Shown here piece by piece: positions 1 through 7,067 of a DNA stretch of 34,993 nt (positions within the stretch are counted from its first letter, which is position 1; every line of letters begins with the position of its first letter). The notes beneath the pieces were generated by a model. The model ran no database searches. It saw nothing but the letters and a program-made list of their open reading frames with translations, and was not told where the DNA came from. The DNA lies in the IMG/VR virus record IMGVR_UViG_3300020045_007174, positions 1 to 34,993 of that record. One strand, written 5' to 3'. The translations under genes and the position numbers were made by a program. The stretch comes from a virus (Duplodnaviria; Caudoviricetes).

Positions 1-122
1 TGGGACGGTATCTGTCGGACATTGGGTTTAATACTAAAAAAAGCAGTGGAATATTTAGAGTATTTGGAACTCTTGACGCGGCAATTGAAGCGTTTGAAGT
101 GTTCGAAAAGGTGAAAATCTAA
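1..122 (+). CDS. 3' end of a gene, probably a primase-helicase (DUF5906/NrS-1-like); partial
   Basis: Frame from base 3 reads GRYLSDIGFNTKKSSGIFRVFGTLDAAIEAFEVFEKVKI* (TAA 120-122). Resembles C-termini of phage primase-helicases; lies upstream of an iteron array. Confidence 0.4.
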   Translation, partial: GRYLSDIGFNTKKSSGIFRVFGTLDAAIEAFEVFEKVKI

Positions 123-129
123 TGAATTA

Positions 130-138
130 TGATATAAT
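130..138 (+). promoter_or_regulatory. Extended -10 promoter (TGaTATAAT)
   Basis: TG 130-131, TATAAT 133-138, just before a structured leader. Confidence 0.6.
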
Positions 139-144
139 GTACTC

Positions 145-246
145 GCCTTAAAAATACGGTGTAGGAAGCCTTGATTTTTAAGGCTAAAACCTTAACCCGC
201 GCTATTGCCTTTGTTCCTACCACTGGCGGTACGCGGGTATTTTTTT
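145..246 (+). promoter_or_regulatory. Structured leader/attenuator of the antirepressor gene
   Basis: Stem GCCTTAAAAAT 145-155 / ATTTTTAAGGC 174-184; terminator stem 195-209 / 225-238 plus T-run 240-246; loops GTAGGAA and TTCCTAC are complementary. Confidence 0.65.
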
Positions 247-263
247 GCCTAGGAATTAATAAA

Positions 264-836
264 ATGAATAATTTAAAAGTTTTTAACTTTCAAGGAATGG
301 CGGCGATTAGATTTGTTGAATCATTCCCGGTTGCTAATGATGTCGCTTTAGCCTTGGGATATTCTAAAAAATCGCTAGCATCCACCATCAATAAAAAAGT
401 TTTTCCACAAAATAGAACCCTTGCCAAAATGGCAACGGTTACAGGGGAAAAAGAAACCACTGTTTTAAAAGAAGCGGGAATCTACCAATTGATTTTCAGC
501 TCAAAACTAGAATTAGCACAACAATTCCAGCAATGGGTTTTTGAAGAGGTGCTACCATCAATCCGCAAAACAGGCGAGTACAATTTACACAAACAAATAG
601 ATAATCTAACCTTGCAACTAGAGTTTATGCCCTCTCAAAGCCAGATAGATAAGGTTTTAAGCGTTGTTGAAAAAGCAGGATATAGAGGGGCAACATTTAG
701 AACGCTAATCACACAGTGCGAGGTATTTACCTTACATCCATATCGATTCGAGGAAATAATCAGAGCGTGTGGACTACTTAGATCTCCTTGGGATAATCGA
801 CTTAATCGGTTTATAAAAATATCGAAAAATGAGTGA
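264..836 (+). CDS. Bro-N domain antirepressor-like protein
   Basis: ATG 264 after AGGA. Bro-N motifs FPVANDVALALGY, EAGIYQLIFSSK and AQQFQQWVFEEVLPSIRKTGEY. Confidence 0.88.
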   Translation: MNNLKVFNFQGMAAIRFVESFPVANDVALALGYSKKSLASTINKKVFPQNRTLAKMATVTGEKETTVLKEAGIYQLIFSSKLELAQQFQQWVFEEVLPSIRKTGEYNLHKQIDNLTLQLEFMPSQSQIDKVLSVVEKAGYRGATFRTLITQCEVFTLHPYRFEEIIRACGLLRSPWDNRLNRFIKISKNE

Positions 837-846
837 AACCGTTCCA

Positions 847-1138
847 AACTATCCCAAAAAAACGCAAACTATCCCAACTTTTAGCCCAACTATCCCAAAT
901 CATAAAAACGTAAGTTATTGTTTAAAGTATATTAATTATTATTTTGGGATAGTTGGGATAGTTGGGATAGTTATAAAACGCATATACGCGCGCACACATG
1001 CGCACGCACATGCACATGGAAAAATCACCAAAAAACTATCCCAACTGTCCCAACCGTCCCAATCCCTTGCTATTCGTGGCTTACAGACTGGGATAGTTTT
1101 GGGATAGTTTGAAAATTTGGGATAGTTTTGGGATAGTT
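847..1138. repeat. Putative replication origin: 13 AACTATCCCAA-type iterons in alternating orientation
   Basis: Forward copies at 847, 867, 888; reverse at 944, 953, 962; forward at 1034, 1043, 1052 (two degenerate); reverse at 1088 (one mismatch), 1099, 1117, 1128. AT-rich spacer 899-943. Confidence 0.8.
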
Positions 1139-1159
1139 TATTAACAACGGGAAAATACT

Positions 1160-1396
1160 ATGACCTGCAAACACTTCAAACCCGACCACTCAACCGAATT
1201 AGACGGCTGGGGGCAGTGCCAGAAAATTATCGAATACAAAGCCAAAGGAGCAACAACCGCTATGTGCATATCAGTTATCCACGAAAAGCTCAACGGTGGG
1301 CTAAAACAGGGCTTAAATAACTATATTTTTGAAAAGGCTTGTTGCACGGTTGAGAAAGGCTGTGAGAAGTTCGAAATTAATGATAATTTAAAATAA
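1160..1396 (+). CDS. Small Cys-containing hypothetical protein
   Basis: 78-aa ORF, CKHFKP...GWGQC. Confidence 0.6.
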   Translation: MTCKHFKPDHSTELDGWGQCQKIIEYKAKGATTAMCISVIHEKLNGGLKQGLNNYIFEKACCTVEKGCEKFEINDNLK

Positions 1397-1406
1397 TTTA
1401 AAAATA

Positions 1407-1434
1407 TTGACAATTAGTTTAAATAGTTTACAAT
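1407..1434 (+). promoter_or_regulatory. Sigma70-type promoter for the recombination operon
   Basis: TTGACA 1407-1412, 16-bp spacer, TACAAT 1429-1434. Confidence 0.6.
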
Positions 1435-1483
1435 TACCAAACCTTAACGAATACGCGAAGGTTAATTAAAAATTGGAGATGCT

Positions 1484-1720
1484 ATGGAAATCGAAAAAAG
1501 AAAAGTCGGAAGACCGCGAAATTTAAAGGTGGTCGTCGATAAAAGACCAGTTGGCAGACAAAAATCTCGATATGAACCAACAAAAAAAATACACGGGGAT
1601 GTAACACATTATGTTTTTGATCGCTTGGACGCTTATTGTAGATTTAAAAAAGCAGTAAAGTGTAGAGTAGTTGAAAAAGCAATCATTGAGTTTTTGGATA
1701 GAAACGAGGTGGAGAAATGA
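1484..1720 (+). CDS. Ribbon-helix-helix-like DNA-binding protein with basic GRP N-terminus
   Basis: GGAG RBS; KVGRPR, then KKIHGDV...FDRLDAYC...CRVVEKAIIEFL (strand-helix-helix pattern). Confidence 0.6.
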   Translation: MEIEKRKVGRPRNLKVVVDKRPVGRQKSRYEPTKKIHGDVTHYVFDRLDAYCRFKKAVKCRVVEKAIIEFLDRNEVEK

Positions 1721-2286
1721 GCGTACATAAAAAACTACAGGCAGCGCGGATAGCACTGTATGCAATGGGTTTGAAGCAAAGCGGGATTAACAAGCACAGC
1801 GGCATGGCTTACTACGAGCTTATTGATTTTACAGTTGACGCACAGCGGATTTTTAACGATGTTGGGCTTTCATCTACATTCAACATGACCTCAGAAAACG
1901 CAGTATTAGCGATAGTTGATACAGACGACGGAAGCAAAGCAGACTTTTCATGCCCTGTCTATTTTGCAGCACTAGCCAAAGAGCCAGAAAAAAGCGTTAA
2001 AAACTTGGGTGCAACCATCACTTATCTTCGCCGCTATTTGTGGATGCTGGCGTTAGAAATACCGCAAAAAGAAGTCGTTGAGCTAGTAAAGAACCACGAG
2101 AAAACCGAAGTTGACAATAAACCGCCATTGCCACCTTATCCAGATGAACGGTTTAATGAAAACTTTGAAGGGATGGCTGCAAAAATACGATCAGGTGAAA
2201 CAACAGCGGCAAGAACTATCAACGCGATACAGTCATTGTTTACGATGACTAAAAAGCAGATTGACACACTAACGGCAGTCGTTTAG
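1717..2286 (+). CDS. erf: ERF-family single-strand annealing protein
   Basis: KSG.N.H...YYEL.D N-terminal pattern and the ERF signature LGATITYLRRY. Confidence 0.8.
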   Translation: MSVHKKLQAARIALYAMGLKQSGINKHSGMAYYELIDFTVDAQRIFNDVGLSSTFNMTSENAVLAIVDTDDGSKADFSCPVYFAALAKEPEKSVKNLGATITYLRRYLWMLALEIPQKEVVELVKNHEKTEVDNKPPLPPYPDERFNENFEGMAAKIRSGETTAARTINAIQSLFTMTKKQIDTLTAVV

Positions 2287-2297
2287 GAGTTTGCGCC

Positions 2298-3050
2298 ATG
2301 ATTGATGAAATCAGACAACAACGACGTGGATTATTTACTGGGTCACAGTATCACCGCTTGATGGCAGGTAGCGCGGGTTACTTGACCTGCGATTTTACCA
2401 ACGAACACACCTGCTATGAGCGTGTAAAAAACGAAGACGGTTTTATCTATGTGCCAGTGCAAGAAGCACCAAAGGGAAAAAAGACGTGGAAAAAAGACGA
2501 TACTTTTTTACCTGAAGGAGCTAAAACCTACGTTATCGAAAAAGTCGCCGAACTAATCGACAGCGAACAACGCGAGTTTTACACATCAAGAGCCATGCAA
2601 GACGGCATTGATAACGAGCTGTTTGCCGTTGAACATTACGAGCTACAGCGTGGCATAAAGCTTGCACACACCGGTGACGAGCAGGTATTTTTTAACAACG
2701 GCGAACACGGCTCGACACCGGACGGCGTGGTTTACAACGATGATTTTGAGATTGTCGAAGTACACGACTTTAAATGTCCAATCGCAGAGACGCATATATT
2801 TAACCGTCTGTATGTCAAAACAGCAGCGGATTTGTTGAAACATTACCCTGAATATTACTGGCAAGGTATTGGGCAGATGTTAGACACTGGCGCAGAAGTT
2901 TTTAAATGGCACAGCTACAGACAGCAGCAAGATGTGCAAATTCACACGGTTTGCGTCTCGTGGCGACAAACCGACATAGACGCATTAAAAAATCGGCTTA
3001 GTCTTGCGATTAAGCTAAAACATAAAATCATTCAGGAGTTAATGGCATGA
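2298..3050 (+). CDS. YqaJ/lambda-exo-like exonuclease
   Basis: RRGLFTGS, AMQDGIDNE, STPDG, DFKCP and YYWQGIGQM motifs. Confidence 0.88.
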   Translation: MIDEIRQQRRGLFTGSQYHRLMAGSAGYLTCDFTNEHTCYERVKNEDGFIYVPVQEAPKGKKTWKKDDTFLPEGAKTYVIEKVAELIDSEQREFYTSRAMQDGIDNELFAVEHYELQRGIKLAHTGDEQVFFNNGEHGSTPDGVVYNDDFEIVEVHDFKCPIAETHIFNRLYVKTAADLLKHYPEYYWQGIGQMLDTGAEVFKWHSYRQQQDVQIHTVCVSWRQTDIDALKNRLSLAIKLKHKIIQELMA

Positions 3051-3415
3051 GCAACAATTTTTCGGGAGTTTTAAGAGTAGGGAAAGACGCAGTAACACGC
3101 CAAGCTGGCAGCACAACTGCAACAGGTTTTAGTGGCGCGTGTAATGTTGGTTGGGGTGATAAGCAACAGACGCTATGGTTTAACTGTACTATTTTTGGTG
3201 ATCGTGGCACCAAGTCAGCACAGTACATTTTAAAAGGCAACCAAATATGGGTATCTGGCGAGCTATCACAGCGGGAATATGAAGGTAAACAGTACCTTGA
3301 AATTAACGTATCTCAGTTTGATTTTGTCGGCAAACGTGGCGAATCAGAAGCAAACGTTTACACGCCAACCACGCCAGTCACCGACGCTCCTTACGACGAC
3401 TCAATTGATTTTTAA
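3047..3415 (+). CDS. ssb: Single-stranded DNA-binding protein
   Basis: OB-fold motifs WFNCTIFG and KGNQIWVSGEL..REY; acidic tip YDDSIDF. Confidence 0.92.
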   Translation: MSNNFSGVLRVGKDAVTRQAGSTTATGFSGACNVGWGDKQQTLWFNCTIFGDRGTKSAQYILKGNQIWVSGELSQREYEGKQYLEINVSQFDFVGKRGESEANVYTPTTPVTDAPYDDSIDF

Positions 3416-3463
3416 ACAGTAATAACCCACGCAAGGACGCGCATAACAATCTGGAGAACAAAA

Positions 3464-3619
3464 ATGAACCTATTTAATCAAGCATTAAAGCTCCATAAAG
3501 CTTTAATAGAGGCAATCAATACGGCTATAGCAGAAGATGGTGATTACATCCGTTTAGCTAATGCCATCAAAAAAGCAGATAAACGCTTAATGCGTCGGGC
3601 GGTGAATTATGGACGTTAA
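3464..3619 (+). CDS. Small helical hypothetical protein (51 aa, not in ORF track)
   Basis: GGAG RBS; MNLFNQALKLHKAL...RRAVNYGR*; overlaps the next start. Confidence 0.6.
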   Translation: MNLFNQALKLHKALIEAINTAIAEDGDYIRLANAIKKADKRLMRRAVNYGR

Positions 3620-3905
3620 TTTAAACCCAGTCGAACAAGAAGACAACCGCCCACAATGCCCACACTGTAACGCCGCTCTTGATGACGATGGTGTAACACA
3701 CTGCTCATATAGATGCTGGCATCTTGATAACCTTGGCGATGTAAAAACTGTGATTCTTTGCTGGCTTAAAGCTGGTAATGACGATAAAAAAGTAATCAGA
3801 ATGTTATCAATCGGTGATGATGATAGCTGGTTCGGCGGTATGACAGAAAGTACTGTAGGCAGATGGAAAGCAGCGATAGAGGCGTATCATGCTAAACACA
3901 ATTGA
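3609..3905 (+). CDS. Hypothetical protein with CxxC...CSxxC zinc motif
   Basis: CPHC...HCSYRC. Confidence 0.65.
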   Translation: MDVNLNPVEQEDNRPQCPHCNAALDDDGVTHCSYRCWHLDNLGDVKTVILCWLKAGNDDKKVIRMLSIGDDDSWFGGMTESTVGRWKAAIEAYHAKHN

Positions 3906-4356
3906 AATCAAAAGACCGGCAAAAAGCATCGGATTTAATGCCCACATAGTCCATATCGGTACGATTTTGGCACTATCACAAGCACGCCAAAAAATACGCG
4001 CACCGCGTGGGATCCAATTAGCGTGTGAAGCCGAAAAGGCTAAAAAAATGAAAGAAGTCGGTGCTAGATGGTGCAAGCACTGTTACAAGGAATTGCTACC
4101 AAAACAAGCGGTTTTTTGTTCTATCAAGTGCCTAGCCGTCCATCACGCACACACACCTAAGGACGGCTTTAACCAAAATCGTAAAAAGCGAGAAAAGCCA
4201 GTGCTGAATTTAGTTTTGTGTAAAAATCCATTTTGCACAAAAGAGTTTATGCAGCGTAGCAGAGGACAACTCTGTTGTAGTAAGTCATGCAGTGCTAAGC
4301 TATCAAATATCAAACGGAGAGAAAATAATGAAATGCAACGACTGCAATCACTTTGA
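3889..4356 (+). CDS. Protein with two zinc-finger-like (CxxC...CSxxC) repeats
   Basis: CKHC...FCSIKC and CKNPFC...CCSKSC. Confidence 0.65.
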   Translation: MLNTIEIKRPAKSIGFNAHIVHIGTILALSQARQKIRAPRGIQLACEAEKAKKMKEVGARWCKHCYKELLPKQAVFCSIKCLAVHHAHTPKDGFNQNRKKREKPVLNLVLCKNPFCTKEFMQRSRGQLCCSKSCSAKLSNIKRRENNEMQRLQSL

Positions 4357-4561
4357 TACTTGTGCTAATCGCAACAAATATGGAAAAGGCAAGGAAATGT
4401 ACCCGCCACCGACACGGCTTGGAGTAAAACCGTATTGTTATGAGTGTCTACACATTTGGATGATAGTAGGTAATACGCACAGAAAATGCGTAAATTCGGA
4501 TTGTGGATTAATAAAACCGCTTAATGATGACAGCGTGCAAATTAAGCACACAAGGGGATAA
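4328..4561 (+). CDS. Small Cys-rich hypothetical protein
   Basis: GGAG RBS before ATG 4328; CNDCNHFDTC, C.H.W and CVNSDC. Confidence 0.55.
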   Translation: MKCNDCNHFDTCANRNKYGKGKEMYPPPTRLGVKPYCYECLHIWMIVGNTHRKCVNSDCGLIKPLNDDSVQIKHTRG

Positions 4562-4562
4562 G

Positions 4563-4922
4563 ATGAGAGTAATTGAATTTAGAGGAAGCGATGGTACCGA
4601 TTGGATTTACGGGGATTTAATCCATACGGAAAAAGGAAACTTGAATATTTTAAGCAATGGCAGTCAGTATCAAGTGCTCCCAGAATCAGTCGGGCAGTAC
4701 ACAGGGATTTTAGACAAAAACGGCACAAGGATTTACGAGGGTGATATTGTCAAGTACAGAGGTATCGGAAAGAAAGAATATGCAAATGCAGAAGTGACGT
4801 TCAGTGATGCAGCATTTTATGCGTGCTACAGATTATCTGACTTAATGCCGGTTAGCGTGTTCGATACTGAAGTTGTCGGCAATGTTTTTGAAAACAAGGA
4901 TTTGTGTCATGGCAAAGCCTAA
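4563..4922 (+). CDS. YopX-family protein
   Basis: MRVIEFRG, VGQYTGILDKNGTRIYEGDIV, EVVGNVFEN. Confidence 0.9.
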   Translation: MRVIEFRGSDGTDWIYGDLIHTEKGNLNILSNGSQYQVLPESVGQYTGILDKNGTRIYEGDIVKYRGIGKKEYANAEVTFSDAAFYACYRLSDLMPVSVFDTEVVGNVFENKDLCHGKA

Positions 4923-5100
4923 CGAACAACAGCTTTTAAATGCCCGCGCCCGTGCAGTCGGTCATCGAATCGAAAACTTAGGTGCGGCGGGTAGTTATCG
5001 GGTGCATAATAAAGCAACTGGAGATTTTTATCAGGTGTCAAAAAACTCAGAGCTGAGAGAACTGATAAGCAATTTGGAGAATAAACATGACAGGAAATAA
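4909..5100 (+). CDS. Hypothetical protein
   Basis: AAGGA RBS before ATG 4909; overlaps both neighbours. Confidence 0.55.
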   Translation: MAKPNEQQLLNARARAVGHRIENLGAAGSYRVHNKATGDFYQVSKNSELRELISNLENKHDRK

Positions 5101-5323
5101 TTTTAAAATTGGTGATAATTGCAACTGGAAAAACCAACCAGAAAGGCTTATTTATTTAGGGTTTAACTATTCTGGCAATGGATATTGGCATCAATTTGCT
5201 AAAATAGATAATCCAAAAGTAGTTTGGTGCGAGGTTTTACCAGAAGATTTAAAAATGCTTGAAATTTCCATTGAAAAAGAGGCGTTAGTATTACTATGCA
5301 CTGCACAAACACATCCTGCTTAA
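5087..5323 (+). CDS. Hypothetical phage protein
   Basis: GGAG RBS; FKIGDNCNWKNQPERLIYLG...WHQF. Confidence 0.65.
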   Translation: MTGNNFKIGDNCNWKNQPERLIYLGFNYSGNGYWHQFAKIDNPKVVWCEVLPEDLKMLEISIEKEALVLLCTAQTHPA

Positions 5324-5553
5324 TCAGACAAACGTGCAAAAAAGGTCTACCGATGCAAGACGGACAGCGAGTAGAATTTTTACGCCCAAAAAACGGATTC
5401 TTACAATGCCAAGACTTTGAATGCTTAGACTGCCACTTTAACCACGTCCATGGCGAGACACGCAAGCAGTGCCGAAAGTGCGGCAAGTATGAGAATGACG
5501 GGGTAGAGTATATTTGTGTATGGCAGTTGACACCCGATGCTAGAAATGCTTAA
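5296..5553 (+). CDS. Cys-rich hypothetical protein
   Basis: Several CxxC-like pairs; overlaps the previous ORF. Confidence 0.5.
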   Translation: MHCTNTSCLIRQTCKKGLPMQDGQRVEFLRPKNGFLQCQDFECLDCHFNHVHGETRKQCRKCGKYENDGVEYICVWQLTPDARNA

Positions 5554-5617
5554 ATACGTCTAACAGTTCTCCAGCCTGTTGCTTTTCTTTCTCTATAATA
5601 TGCTTTCTCCTAAATTG

Positions 5618-5655
5618 ACCGCTACTTGAATTCCAACAGGTAGCGGTTTTTTTTT
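5618..5655 (+). terminator. Rho-independent terminator
   Basis: ACCGCTAC 5618-5625 / GTAGCGGT 5640-5647 followed by a long T-run. Confidence 0.8.
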
Positions 5656-5681
5656 GCCAAAAATTCCATCTATGGTACTAT
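5654..5681 (+). promoter_or_regulatory. Candidate late promoter
   Basis: TTGCCA 5654-5659, 16-bp spacer, TGgTACTAT extended -10. Confidence 0.5.
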
Positions 5682-5705
5682 TAATTTATTTTCGGGATTT
5701 TTGTT

Positions 5706-5996
5706 GTGTCAGAAAGCCATACTTTAAGCGAGCGTGTAGCGGTTACGGAAAACGATATTGAGCATATCCAAGCTGATATAAATAATATCGGTGACATAAT
5801 GCGAACCACGGCAGAACGACACGATGAAAAGTTCGAGCAGGTATTGTCGATAGCTTTGGAGTTAAAAAACGAGCTTACTCGCTACAAGATTGTAAGTGGA
5901 ACGGCGGTTATGATTTTAGGCGGATTGTTAGCAGGTGCTAACTATTTAATGGGTGTTTTTGGCGTTAGTATCGCCGATATTTGGAGTAAAAAATGA
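5706..5996 (+). CDS. Coiled-coil protein with C-terminal TM helix (holin/XhlA-like)
   Basis: LSERVAVTE heptads, then hydrophobic GTAVMILGGLLAGANYLMGVFGV. Confidence 0.6.
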   Translation: MSESHTLSERVAVTENDIEHIQADINNIGDIMRTTAERHDEKFEQVLSIALELKNELTRYKIVSGTAVMILGGLLAGANYLMGVFGVSIADIWSKK

Positions 5997-6163
5997 GCTG
6001 GATTTTAGAGCGCGGCAAAGAACAAGGTACATGGAGAGGATTGATTATGTTAGCCGGAGGTTTGGCTGGTTTTGAAGTTGATGATGGTGTGAGTGATGCG
6101 GTAGTAATGCTTTGCACGGCAGTTAGTGCGGCAGGGTTTCATAATATTGTGACCAAAGGCTAG
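5993..6163 (+). CDS. Small holin-like protein (56 aa, not in ORF track)
   Basis: GGAG RBS, ATGA overlap; MSWILERGKEQGTWRGLIMLAGG...; two hydrophobic segments. Confidence 0.65.
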   Translation: MSWILERGKEQGTWRGLIMLAGGLAGFEVDDGVSDAVVMLCTAVSAAGFHNIVTKG

Positions 6164-6164
6164 T

Positions 6165-6575
6165 ATGACTGATGACACATTGCTAGACAAAGTTAGTCCA
6201 AGCCATTACCGATCCCATCCAAGCGGCATAGAGTGCATTGAAATAAGTAAACACCTAAGTAGTTGCTTAGGTCAAAGCTTCCAATATCTTTGGCGGTGCG
6301 GTCAAAAAGACGACCCAGTGCAAGAATTGGAAAAGGCGATGTGGTTTATTGAGGCTGAATTGACGGTTGATAACAAGCACTATCTTTTACCTTCGATGGT
6401 CAATAGTAAATTAAACGATGTGTTAGCCGCTGAGCAAGATGCACAGAAAGCCGAGGCGTTTAAGCATATCGTGTTAGCTAATCAACATGACAATGGCGTA
6501 CGTCAGATACATCTTGCAAAAGCGATTAGCATTATTGTGGATATGGTTTTGATTGAAACGGGTGGGATAATGTAA
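6165..6575 (+). CDS. DUF3310 (SaV/T7 gp1.7-like) protein
   Basis: PSHY...GIECIE...YLWRCGQK...ELEKAMWF. Confidence 0.85.
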   Translation: MTDDTLLDKVSPSHYRSHPSGIECIEISKHLSSCLGQSFQYLWRCGQKDDPVQELEKAMWFIEAELTVDNKHYLLPSMVNSKLNDVLAAEQDAQKAEAFKHIVLANQHDNGVRQIHLAKAISIIVDMVLIETGGIM

Positions 6576-6707
6576 TGCCCCCCATCAATTTGCTTAATTA
6601 CCATTTACTAGGCGATAGAAAACCACATAGCCGCGAGACTATGAATCGTGTACAGATAAAAGCAGTTGAACGTAAACAGCCGCGTGAATTTATGAGGAGT
6701 AGATAAA

Positions 6708-7067
6708 GTGGCAAAATATAGCCATGAGCTTGTCGAAAAGATAGCGGGTTATATAGCGCGTGGAAACTTTGCAACCGTCGCTTGTGCGGCTTCTGGAATA
6801 ACAGAAACAACGTATTACGAATGGCTAAAAGACCCTAATAAACCTGAGTTTTCTAAGTCTATAAAAGAAGCCGAGGCATTAGCCGAGATTGATGCGGTTG
6901 AAAAAATACAGAAAGATGAAAGTTGGCAATCAAAAGCATGGTTTTTAGAACGCAAGTTTAAAGACCGCTGGTCAAAGACTGAAACGAAGAATATCAACCA
7001 CAGCGGCTCAGTTGATCCAAGTAAACGAACGCTAGACGACTATTACAAAGACAGTGGCACTACTTAA
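6708..7067 (+). CDS. terS: Terminase small subunit
   Basis: GAGGAG RBS and GTG start; HTH ACAASGITETTYYEW; WQSKAWFLERKF; directly upstream of TerL. Confidence 0.8.
   Translation: MAKYSHELVEKIAGYIARGNFATVACAASGITETTYYEWLKDPNKPEFSKSIKEAEALAEIDAVEKIQKDESWQSKAWFLERKFKDRWSKTETKNINHSGSVDPSKRTLDDYYKDSGTT

Noticed and set aside
171-263. N-terminal extension of the Bro-N ORF from TTG 171
   Set aside because: It runs through the hairpin/terminator leader; ATG 264 has an RBS and matches the start of the domain.
829-1107. 92-aa ORF with GIVGIVGIV, HAHAHAH and SQLSQPSQ
   Set aside because: The peptide repeats are translations of the iterons and the RY tract; more likely non-coding origin DNA.
847-1138. 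Possible CRISPR array
   Set aside because: Repeats are 11 bp, in both orientations and often abutting; there are no regular unique spacers and no cas genes.
3889-4356. HNH homing endonuclease (also considered for 30069-30539)
   Set aside because: Only zinc-finger-like motifs are present; no HNH catalytic core is visible.
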